NCBI GenBank assembly: GCA_048886185.1
Contig: JBHLKY010000014.1
Location: 96,427-128,426, forward strand
Direction of reading: 5' to 3'
DNA: 32,000 nucleotides
Source: Candidatus Hermodarchaeota archaeon
Lineage (GTDB): Archaea > Asgardarchaeota > Heimdallarchaeia > Hodarchaeales > Hodarchaeaceae
The position numbers and the translations under genes were made by a program. Every line of letters starts with the position of its first letter. The first letter of the stretch is position 1. The notes under the pieces were generated by a model that searched no databases, was not told the DNA's origin, and was given only the letters and a program-made list of their open reading frames with translations. Shown here piece after piece: positions 9,571 through 17,812 of this stretch.

Positions 9571-9686
9571 TTACTCGTTTTATTGAAAAGATTGAAAATG
9601 AAGACTATCTGGATAAAGAGGAACTCGAACAATTCTTTGATCTAGTGATAGATATGGATCGCTCACTTGAAAATAAAGAAAATTGA
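9528..9686 (+). CDS. Small acidic hypothetical ORF, 52 aa (MRKKSQTFVKMEKLITRFIEKIENEDYLDKEELEQFFDLVIDMDRSLENKEN)
   Basis: Hand-translated and below the ORF-track length cutoff; helical, protein-like composition. Confidence 0.35.
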   Translation: MRKKSQTFVKMEKLITRFIEKIENEDYLDKEELEQFFDLVIDMDRSLENKEN

Positions 9687-9764
9687 GTAAGATACCATTA
9701 ATTGTCAGTTGTTAATATTTTATTAATCCTTAAAAAAAATAACAAGGAGTTGGGGAAAATAAAA

Positions 9765-10124
9765 ATGCAAATCATTATACAAACAAATGACTATACAATA
9801 GTTTTTGAGCTCAATAACAGCCAAGCTGCCAAAGAACTATATGAACAGTTACCTTTTACAATTACCGTTGAAAATTACGGTAACAATGAAAAAATCTTTT
9901 ATCCACCAAAAAAACTTCATACAACCGGTACACCTTTGGCAAATGCACAATTTGGAACGCTTGCATATTATGCGCTATGGGGAGACGTGGTAATGTTTTA
10001 TGATAGTTTCGGTTCTGCAAGCGGTTTATATGAGTTGGGGAATGTCATTTCAGGCGGTGAGTATATCAAAAACATGTCAGGCACGATACAGATCAAGAAA
10101 GTGATAAATAGAGATAAAATATGA
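9765..10124 (+). CDS. Cyclophilin-like fold protein
   Basis: LNNSQAAKELYEQLPF...YGNNEKIFY...GTLAYYALWGDVVMFY...LYELG pattern. Start moved to ATG 9765, with AAGGAG upstream. Confidence 0.8.
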   Translation: MQIIIQTNDYTIVFELNNSQAAKELYEQLPFTITVENYGNNEKIFYPPKKLHTTGTPLANAQFGTLAYYALWGDVVMFYDSFGSASGLYELGNVISGGEYIKNMSGTIQIKKVINRDKI

Positions 10125-10371
10125 ACGCAGTAAAAGGAAGACAGACCAGAAGACCTGATGTTTTTGAGAACGGTACGAAATCGACTCACCCAAATATAAT
10201 GTCGTAAAAGATTAATTTTACGCCATTAATATTAGAATGAACTTGTTGGTCTCTTAACTTGAAACTTGAATATTTTGAACAGAACATTCATAAATTATAT
10301 ATTGTTGTGTGTTAAGCTAACGTGTTAATTTATTTTAAAAGTTTGATTTACTAACAGGATAGGGACTAAAA

Positions 10372-10757
10372 ATGTCATATACACAAGCCCCAAATATGAC
10401 AGAAGAAGAAATAGAGAAGTTTCTAAAAACCGAAAAAATAGCTCGTTTTTGTAGTCTTAACAAAGATAATACAATACATGCCACCCCAGTTTGGTTTAAT
10501 TACGTAAATAAACAGATAATTAAGAAGCTCCTACCCAAGGAGTCATCCTTTATGGAGAGGTAGAACTAACATATGATGATGCCCGATCAACGGCAATTTC
10601 AATCTTTGAACGATATATGACGAAAGAACAAGCTGAAACATCTGTAGATGGATTAATGAAAATAGGAACCTTTATCATAATGAAAGTGAGTGTAAAGAAC
10701 GTTGCTAGTTTCGATTATTCTAAAGATACTGCTTATCGTCAAGCAGTGACCTATTAA
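10372..10757 (+). pseudogene. Pyridoxamine 5'-phosphate oxidase-like (split-barrel flavin/F420-binding) protein with internal deletion and frameshift
   Basis: The N-terminus MTEEEIEKFL...IARFCSLNKDNTIHATPVWFNY is in one frame. The C-terminal part APTQGVILYGEVEL...ISIFERYM...VASFDYSKD (10527-10757) is in another frame, directly after a TAA. The usual middle segment (K-x-x-N-I...V-x-L) is missing. Confidence 0.75.
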
Positions 10758-11414
10758 AAATTACAACTTAAATTAATGGATGAAGTTTAAGTTTTACATC
10801 CCAGTTTCCGACATAATCCCATAAATACTATATAAATGTATAATAAAGATATTCTCGTATGAAAGATAGATTTTACGATGTTCAATTGTTGATATTTTAT
10901 TGCTTGACAAACTTGTAATGCTGTTTAAATACTCCTATATTATTTAAATAAAGTTAATAAAATTCTTAAGGGAAAATTTCCTCTCTAATTTAATAATGTA
11001 TCAAAATTAGTGTTCCTACTTCATTTCAATCAACTTTAATATTCATCTACTTTCTGATTGGTCATTTCCTTGGTTGAGAGAGGTTGTTCTTTTTGCAACT
11101 CGATGTGGTTTGAAATTTCATATCCTCGAAAAACCTCTTGTTTACCTAATGGATTAATGTCGATAAACTGTGGAGACCCAATCAGGATATTAAATTCAGA
11201 GTCAGATTTCAACAAAAATTCACTTGAAAAGAAGAGATATAAACCAAAAAGACTAGGATTTTCTCAATTAATACAGATTTTAAAGAGTGAAATCATATAA
11301 GCTAAATTATTATTCAGATTCTTAGATAAATTATTTTCTCTAAAGAATTGCGATTCCGAATTCTAAAAAAATCCTATTTTATTAAGTAAGAATAATGTAT
11401 GGTGAAGCATTCTA

Positions 11415-12641
11415 ATGAATACAGGATCTAAGAGAATACGGTACCTTTTCCTTGATAATATAAAGCTGCTTTTTACTATTCTTGTGATTTTCTGGCATAC
11501 GATGAATACTTATGCTGAAGTAGGTTGGTGGTACTATAAAGAGATTAATCCAATTGATCCTTTGAGTGATACATTTTTTTTACTTTTAAGCTCAATTGGA
11601 GGTGTGTTTCAAACCTCACTCTTAGGATTATTCTTTTTATTAGGGGGTTATTTTACTCCTAACAGTTATGATCGAAAAGGCGTTCGTAACTTCTGGAAAG
11701 AAAGACTTATTCGTCTTGGTATCCCCCTCCTTTTATATATAGTAATAATTAATTCTATTATGATTTATGCCCTATCCTTATTAAGAATTCCACCGTGGAG
11801 TACCACCCCAATGCTACAAGGAACTTTTCTAGATTATTTATTCAGTAGATTTCTATCGTGGGAAGATTTCATTGACTTTTTAACATTTGCGGGGCCAATG
11901 TGGTTTCTTTTGGTTTTACTAATCTTTACTGCCGTTTATACTCTTTGGCGTCAGATAACCAAGTTAGACTTGGTACAGCGAAAAATGCCAGAGGAACTTT
12001 TCATCCCAAGATACCCATTCTTACTCCTTTTAGCAATTGGTTTAGGATTTTTTACTTTTTTAGTTCGTATAGGTTTTTCAATTGACTTCCGTCCACTAGG
12101 AATACCTTGGGGTCAACTCACTCAGTATCTAATGATGTTCAGCATTGGTGTTATCTGTGTTAGGTATTTTTGGTTAGAAAAGATATCTGAAAAACATGTC
12201 AAAATCTGGTTAATTACATTAATAACCTCAATTGTGATAATTTATCTGGATTTTTTTATTGTACTGATAATGGATGGAGACTTTAGTGAATTTTCAGGGG
12301 GGGCCAATTTACATGCTTTTTTATTTGCCTTGGTAGATAGTATTATGTGTATGGGAGTCATTTTTGTCTTAATTAAGGTTTTTTATGTAAAATTCAACAA
12401 GCAAGGGCTTATACTACAGAACCTATCTGCTAGTGCATACCATATGTACCTCGTTCATCCACCTGTCCTTGTCTTTATATCCCTTGGATTATCATTATTA
12501 GACCTTTTTCCCATTATTAAACTAGCCATTGTATTTCCCTTAACAGTCATCGTTTGCTATCTGTTAAGTCATTATGTCCTCGAAAAAATTCATTTGAAAA
12601 AACCAGCAAGAGTTAATCAAAATAGTTTAGACCATTTATAA
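11415..12641 (+). CDS. Acyltransferase family 3 (OpgC/MdoC/OafA-like) multi-pass membrane protein
   Basis: FLDNIK...LVIFWH, FFLLGGYF, ERLIRLGIP, GPMWFL, SASAYHMYLVHPPV; about 10 hydrophobic segments. Confidence 0.9.
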   Translation: MNTGSKRIRYLFLDNIKLLFTILVIFWHTMNTYAEVGWWYYKEINPIDPLSDTFFLLLSSIGGVFQTSLLGLFFLLGGYFTPNSYDRKGVRNFWKERLIRLGIPLLLYIVIINSIMIYALSLLRIPPWSTTPMLQGTFLDYLFSRFLSWEDFIDFLTFAGPMWFLLVLLIFTAVYTLWRQITKLDLVQRKMPEELFIPRYPFLLLLAIGLGFFTFLVRIGFSIDFRPLGIPWGQLTQYLMMFSIGVICVRYFWLEKISEKHVKIWLITLITSIVIIYLDFFIVLIMDGDFSEFSGGANLHAFLFALVDSIMCMGVIFVLIKVFYVKFNKQGLILQNLSASAYHMYLVHPPVLVFISLGLSLLDLFPIIKLAIVFPLTVIVCYLLSHYVLEKIHLKKPARVNQNSLDHL

Positions 12642-13008
12642 TACTCCTAAAACAGGTATATCATTAAATATATTGTATTATTGATTGATACAAGCTTCCT
12701 GAATAAATAGCAGTATCTACGAGTATGCAAACCAATCCAACGTTATATCACATCAGAAATGAGAAATACAGCCAATTAGTACAGCATCAAAATACTCCAA
12801 TAGGTATTCTTCTACATTATCTTTAAGGAAGTATCTTGGACATATTTTCCTTTTTTATTTTCAAAATAGTCTTCAAGATGTGATTAAACATCAGTATTAC
12901 TGCAAAAATCAAATATAACTGCCATTTGATGACACTTTATTGCTTCACTCATGAGTTTGAATGACTTAAAAAAAAATCTTCCATAAATCCTTCTATGTGC
13001 TTAAAAAT

Positions 13009-13989
13009 TTAGGTATTAGTAATGAGTCGAAGAAAGTCTCTTGTACCTGTTGCCAGACCTAATAAGAAAACTACCCATAGTAGCCATTTCTGAATATCCT
13101 CTTTTTCAAAACCTCGAACTGCATAAATAAAGAATAAAACAACTACAAATTTTAAGATTAAGAAGGGCCAAGATCCTAAAGGAGTATCAAACAGTAAAGC
13201 GGGTAAATAGTGCTTTTCCTGATAATTAAAGAATTCTATAGCTATGACCGTATTGAATGCATCAAACATTTGTGTTCCCATTGCTAAGACTTCTTCTTTT
13301 TGTACAATAGCGTCTGGAATATACTTTTGTGAAATACGAGTGGCTGTAATGTTAAACAATACCCCAAATATGCCTGATAAGATTAGAATAATTAAACCAC
13401 CCCCAATATAATAAGGATCTGTTAACAAAAATACAATTGGCAGGAATAATATAACTTCAATTATAATTCCAATAGTTAAAAATGTTGTTCTCCAATCTGA
13501 AAATCGTTTAGTATAATTTAGGTATTCCTGAGAAATGAAAATCGAGGCGATTCCGACAGTCAAAGCTAGTAAAATGGTTATGACATAAACATAAGGAGTA
13601 ACAAAAATTCTAAGTTTGAAGATCTCATAGGGGGAGATGATTTTGTTTTGATCAGCAATGTCTTGCAATGCTCTTATCGTTGAACCAATGAAGATATATG
13701 GTAGTATAGAGACAAAAAATTGGGAATCCATTTGCACTGGTATAAAATACTCTTCTCCCCATCGTTCAACTCCTTTCTGATTTACACGAACAATTATTTT
13801 CCCAATCAGGAAGATAGCGAGAATCCCTAGGGTTGTATAAACTATTGTATTGTAGAAATTATATCCTTGTTCTAGGATGAAATAGGTTTCAATAAACTTA
13901 ACTGGATTAGATATTTCCTGTAAAAAGGTTTGAATTGCCTTAAAGATTTTATCCAAAAGATCTTGGATAATATTTTGCTGTAGTGCCAT
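13009..13989 (-). CDS. DUF63-like archaeal membrane protein
   Basis: YNFYNTIVY, LPYIFIGSTIRALQD, FVTPYVY, QMFDAFNT...QEKH, FLILK and LGLATGTRD recalled as the DUF63 pattern; many TM segments. Confidence 0.78.
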   Translation of the reverse strand: MALQQNIIQDLLDKIFKAIQTFLQEISNPVKFIETYFILEQGYNFYNTIVYTTLGILAIFLIGKIIVRVNQKGVERWGEEYFIPVQMDSQFFVSILPYIFIGSTIRALQDIADQNKIISPYEIFKLRIFVTPYVYVITILLALTVGIASIFISQEYLNYTKRFSDWRTTFLTIGIIIEVILFLPIVFLLTDPYYIGGGLIILILSGIFGVLFNITATRISQKYIPDAIVQKEEVLAMGTQMFDAFNTVIAIEFFNYQEKHYLPALLFDTPLGSWPFLILKFVVVLFFIYAVRGFEKEDIQKWLLWVVFLLGLATGTRDFLRLITNT

Positions 13990-14085
13990 AATACTCTTAC
14001 ACCAACAGTTGATGAATTTTAATCTAAATAATTTTCGCCTTTAGATCTTCATCTGAATGTTGTTTACCACTTTTTCAACACTAAT

Positions 14086-14727
14086 CTACTTGGATATTTT
14101 GAGGAATTCTCGATTCATCACTATAACAAATCCTAAACCTATGAGAATAAGAATCAAATCTATACTGAAAATTGCTGTAACAAAAAAAGGAAATAAAGGA
14201 TTTATCGTTGGTAATTGAGCTAGGGTTGGTTTAAATATTCCTAGAAAACCGAAAAAGTCAGTATAATCATTAAATAATGTGATACTAATCGGAATAGCCG
14301 TTATTTTGGTGATTTTCATATTAACCAATAAAGGTAAGATAGCTATTGCTTGAATAAGCAGTAAAAAATGGCCAAGTATTACAATTTCTATATCAAGAGA
14401 TCCAAAGTTTAGAATGATTAGATAGGTAAAAAATGCAGCACGAATACCTTGTATAAAAACAAAGAAATTGTAATTTAAAAAACGTTGGTTATCAAATTGT
14501 AGGTATACTCCCAACAACAGTAAAGCGGCCATTGGACAATCAGGAATTAATACCCAGAAGATAGGAGAAAATTGGGGAAGACCAACTACATTGAAATAAT
14601 ATAAGAAGCCGATAAACGCGCCTAAGAAATTAGCTATCATTAATATTATTATCAAAGGTTTTGATGCCAAAAGTTTCAATTCAAACTCCTGAATTCGTAG
14701 TATGGAAGTATGCAATGAAAGTTTCAT
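14086..14727 (-). CDS. DUF1405-like membrane protein
   Basis: NFLGAFIGFLYY, WVLIPDCP, GHFLLLIQA and NDYTDF recalled as the DUF1405 pattern; hydrophobic. Confidence 0.72.
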   Translation of the reverse strand: MKLSLHTSILRIQEFELKLLASKPLIIILMIANFLGAFIGFLYYFNVVGLPQFSPIFWVLIPDCPMAALLLLGVYLQFDNQRFLNYNFFVFIQGIRAAFFTYLIILNFGSLDIEIVILGHFLLLIQAIAILPLLVNMKITKITAIPISITLFNDYTDFFGFLGIFKPTLAQLPTINPLFPFFVTAIFSIDLILILIGLGFVIVMNREFLKISK

Positions 14728-14834
14728 CCTAAAAAGTAAGACTCCTTATTGAATAATATTTTCAGGTATAGTTTCCAAGTAATTTGAATCAGAAAAGATC
14801 CTTAAGCGAGCTTAAATAATGATTAATGAACATT

Positions 14835-15866
14835 TCAGGTTACATCTACGACCCCAATCTCTGTTAATCCAAATATTGCCTCATTTTCAGGAAGAAGTGG
14901 ACTATCCACAATTCGAGCAATACGTCGTTCGCCCTTTGATTTTCGGAGGTAGACCCGTGTTTGAGCTGCATGGGCAACAATATGGCCTCCAACAGGATGG
15001 GTGGGATCACCAAAAAATTGGTCTGGTTTGGCATGAACTTGGTTTGTGACTATAACAGCTAGATTTCCGATCTCGGCTGCTCTCAGAATAGTATGAATAT
15101 GTTGATTTAACTTTTGTTGTCGAGTAGCTAAGGTTCCTCGACCTACATACTCAGCTCTAAAGTGAGCAATCATTGAATCAACTACAAGTAATCTAATATT
15201 TTTAGTGGGCAGATAATCTTTAATCATTTTTTCTACTAGAACCATTTGATGATCAGAATTATGAGCACGTCCATGTAAAATGTTTTCGAGCAATAAATCT
15301 TCATCTAAATCATCCTGCCAACGAGAAGCCATCGATAATACTCTTTCTGGGCGAAATGTTCCCTCGCTATCTATATAAACTACTCTTGGGTAGTTATCTC
15401 CTTCTCGTAGGCCACCCTTTTCACGAGGGAGTTGGACAGTCACACAAAGTTGATGGGCTAGCTGAGTTTTTCCAGTCCGAAATTCGCCAAAAAGCTCCGT
15501 AACGGTCCCTGTTTCTATTCCACCACCAAATAGTTCATCTAACTTCTGGCTACCTGTAGTAACTTTAGCCAATTCTTTACGTCTAGCCAACACGGATTTG
15601 GCAGTTTCAAAATCTATATCAAGTGCTTCTCTTGCAGCTTCAATTATTCTTTTTACCGTTTTTTCCCCCAAACTGGCAATTGAGGTTAATTCCCCAACAG
15701 AGACCGTAGCGATAGATTCTAATGTTGAGAATCCCGCTTCCACTAATTTCGCGGCCGTTGATGGCCCAATTCCGGGTAAATCAGTTATAGATGTCACAGC
15801 ACTCTCTTTATTAACTTTTGTTTCAATCGAAGTATCAGTTTTCTCATTTTTTTTCTTTGGTGTCAT
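14835..15866 (-). CDS. radA: DNA repair and recombination protein RadA
   Basis: N-terminal HhH LPGIGPSTAAKL, Walker A GEFRTGKTQ, YIDSEGTFRPER, Walker B LLVVDS, FRAEYVGRG.LA.RQQKL, VTNQV, GGHIVAHA, ARIVDSP.LP. Start placed at ATG 15866 (MTPKKK) rather than 15920. Confidence 0.97.
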   Translation of the reverse strand: MTPKKKNEKTDTSIETKVNKESAVTSITDLPGIGPSTAAKLVEAGFSTLESIATVSVGELTSIASLGEKTVKRIIEAAREALDIDFETAKSVLARRKELAKVTTGSQKLDELFGGGIETGTVTELFGEFRTGKTQLAHQLCVTVQLPREKGGLREGDNYPRVVYIDSEGTFRPERVLSMASRWQDDLDEDLLLENILHGRAHNSDHQMVLVEKMIKDYLPTKNIRLLVVDSMIAHFRAEYVGRGTLATRQQKLNQHIHTILRAAEIGNLAVIVTNQVHAKPDQFFGDPTHPVGGHIVAHAAQTRVYLRKSKGERRIARIVDSPLLPENEAIFGLTEIGVVDVT

Positions 15867-16160
15867 TATCTTACCCGTCCTCGAGAGAGGTTCTCTCATA
15901 AGACTAATGAGAACTATCATTTTTTTGAACCCATGAACACCTTAAATCTTTTCTGCTTTTAAGGATTAAAGTGAAATTAGGAACATTATAAATGGATCAG
16001 GAGGCTCTATCTCTAATATCCTTTATGGCAAAATAGGCATAAGATTCCCTTCATCATTGTCACCAAAAAGCTCCTACGCCAAATTTAACTCCCAAAAACG
16101 AGTAATAGGCATTTATTCCCTCAATGTGAAATTACCTACCCTCAAGAAGTATATTTTTAC

Positions 16161-16176
16161 AAAAGGTATACCTTTT
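16161..16176. promoter_or_regulatory. Perfect 16-bp palindrome AAAAGGTATACCTTTT in the radA / pilus-cluster divergent intergenic region
   Basis: Read directly from the sequence; its role as an operator is inferred. Confidence 0.4.
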
Positions 16177-16232
16177 TTGGGGAATACAAAAATCCTTAAA
16201 TCATTACATCTTTGATTATAAATCCCTGAGGT

Positions 16233-17180
16233 ATGATTTATTTATTGAGATTGATGTTAAAAGAAAGTGATAGAAAGGGATCGAACTTGAAGAAAGACTT
16301 TATTAGCCAATTAAAAAACCGTCGTGGAGTTTCTCCTGTTCTAGCGACTGTTATGATATTCGGTTTAATTATCACTGGAGTCATGATCACTTTCGTTCAA
16401 GTTGTTCCATATATCCAACAGGCTCAAAGTGAGGAAGCGATAGCATCGGTACGGAATAGCTTTTTAGAGCTGGATACTACTATAAAATCATTACTAAGTG
16501 AAAGTGGAGCGCCAGGAGGTTTTCGAACCATTCTATTCACTAAACCCTCCGGAGTCGTTCAATATGTTGAAGATCGCTATTACATTTCCTTAAGATTACT
16601 TGATCAAGATAGTAATACAATATATAAAATACTGGATGAAAAGAAGATTGGAGTACTTGATTGGGTCTTCAATAGCCCTCGATCTGTCATTCCTAGAGGT
16701 ACTACAAAATATTTAACTGGACCAGATCCCTATAGAAAACGAGAACCTGTTTTTTTAACAGGAACTTTTTCATCCACGGATTATCAAGACCTAACTAATT
16801 TAACATTAAGCCATCTTAATGACAAAAGGCATCATGTGACTCTCAATTACCGAATATCTATCTATTTAACAATTTCTACTCAACCAGAACCAGAAATTCG
16901 TTTTGAAGTCTTTTTAGTCTTAATTTCTTCAGATTTCGACTCATTTCATAGACAATATCAACAAATAACCATTCATTCATATAACAATTTTTCCAGACCA
17001 TATACTTTACCTGAAAATGACTCCATTGGGGCGATAGAATTAGTATGGGATAATATTAAAACTTCAGGGTCTACAACCACATCCCTTTGGAGTACTCAAT
17101 TGATTCAAGGATTTAATGTCCAATACTTTAATATTGTGGTACAAACACTGGTTTATGAAATAGGCCTCTCAATATCTTAG
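16233..17180 (+). CDS. Pilin-like protein with class III signal peptide
   Basis: KNRRG|VSPVLATVMIFGLIITGVMITFV: basic leader, Gly cleavage site and hydrophobic helix. The true start may be ATG 16254. Confidence 0.8.
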   Translation: MIYLLRLMLKESDRKGSNLKKDFISQLKNRRGVSPVLATVMIFGLIITGVMITFVQVVPYIQQAQSEEAIASVRNSFLELDTTIKSLLSESGAPGGFRTILFTKPSGVVQYVEDRYYISLRLLDQDSNTIYKILDEKKIGVLDWVFNSPRSVIPRGTTKYLTGPDPYRKREPVFLTGTFSSTDYQDLTNLTLSHLNDKRHHVTLNYRISIYLTISTQPEPEIRFEVFLVLISSDFDSFHRQYQQITIHSYNNFSRPYTLPENDSIGAIELVWDNIKTSGSTTTSLWSTQLIQGFNVQYFNIVVQTLVYEIGLSIS

Positions 17181-17203
17181 TGAAAATATGACTCTGGTCG
17201 ATT

Positions 17204-17659
17204 GTGATGGCATCGCAATATATTACCTTTATGATTATCTTCATATTAGGTCTTAACTTGGTCATAATTACAAACACAATGTTTTTGGGTTTGAATGATC
17301 AGTTTCAGGAGAATCTTGCAGAAGCTGAGATGATACAAATCTTAGATTTGATTCAGATGCAAATTATGCAAACACTTCTTCTTCCTACAAAATTCAATCA
17401 GACAAGTATGCAAAAAATTGAATTACCAACCCTTTTGGGAAAAATGTTCAGATATACTATTGAAATTTCTAATTTAAGCAACAATCAGCTTATATTGCAT
17501 GGTTTTTCCAATAATTTGAAGATTGATCAGGTGATAACTTTTTCTGTGGCCCCAAAGTACAATATTGAGATTTCTAAATCATCGTTTCAAAGTATAAACT
17601 CAATATTATCTTTATATATAGAGAAGAACTTGATTAACGTTATAATAAGCATATCTTAG
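17204..17659 (+). CDS. Pilin-like / membrane-anchored accessory protein lacking an obvious basic leader
   Basis: N-terminal hydrophobic helix ASQYITFMIIFILGLNLVII followed by an amphipathic helix and IELP...RYTIEI; lies 23 nt after the previous gene. Confidence 0.55.
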   Translation: MMASQYITFMIIFILGLNLVIITNTMFLGLNDQFQENLAEAEMIQILDLIQMQIMQTLLLPTKFNQTSMQKIELPTLLGKMFRYTIEISNLSNNQLILHGFSNNLKIDQVITFSVAPKYNIEISKSSFQSINSILSLYIEKNLINVIISIS

Positions 17660-17796
17660 ATCAAACAATCAATTAATATAGTAAAAAGTGCTCATTCACA
17701 ATAGAAAAATCTAAAAAATTATGATCACTGAAAATTATTAAACTAGCAAAAGATCAAACACGAAAAAAAAATCATAATTATTTTTAGGCTAAAAGT

Positions 17797-17802
17797 AAGG
17801 AG
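17797..17802 (+). promoter_or_regulatory. Shine-Dalgarno-like AAGGAG
   Basis: 10 nt upstream of the ATPase ATG at 17813. Confidence 0.45.
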
Positions 17803-17812
17803 TAACAGATAA

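Noticed and set aside
10121-10207. 28-codon ORF (MNAVKGRQ...) overlapping the cyclophilin-like stop by ATGA
   Set aside because: It could be the stub of a deleted downstream gene but is too short to support.
11058-11300. 80-aa plus-strand ORF, and a similar-length open stretch on the minus strand
   Set aside because: TTG start, no motif and no clear RBS. The minus-strand reading has an early stop. It cannot be supported as a gene.
10920-12810. Recurring AATACTCC motif (near 10928, 12641 and 12791) as island boundary repeats
   Set aside because: Only 8 bp in AT-rich DNA, with three copies at non-boundary positions; not convincing as a target-site duplication.
12660-12955. Protein-like fragments on the minus strand interrupted by stops (…EEYLLEYFDAVLIGCISHF…)
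   Set aside because: Possibly a decayed gene, but no family was recognisable.
15879-15912. Two tiny hairpins (CCTC-GAGA-GAGG; TCTCAT-N7-ATGAGA) in the radA leader
   Set aside because: Stems of 4-6 bp are expected by chance.
17188-17215. Frameshift joining upstream ATG 17188 (MTLVDCD) to the leaderless pilin-like ORF
   Set aside because: The joined leader would have no Lys/Arg and would not make a class III signal; there is no supporting evidence.
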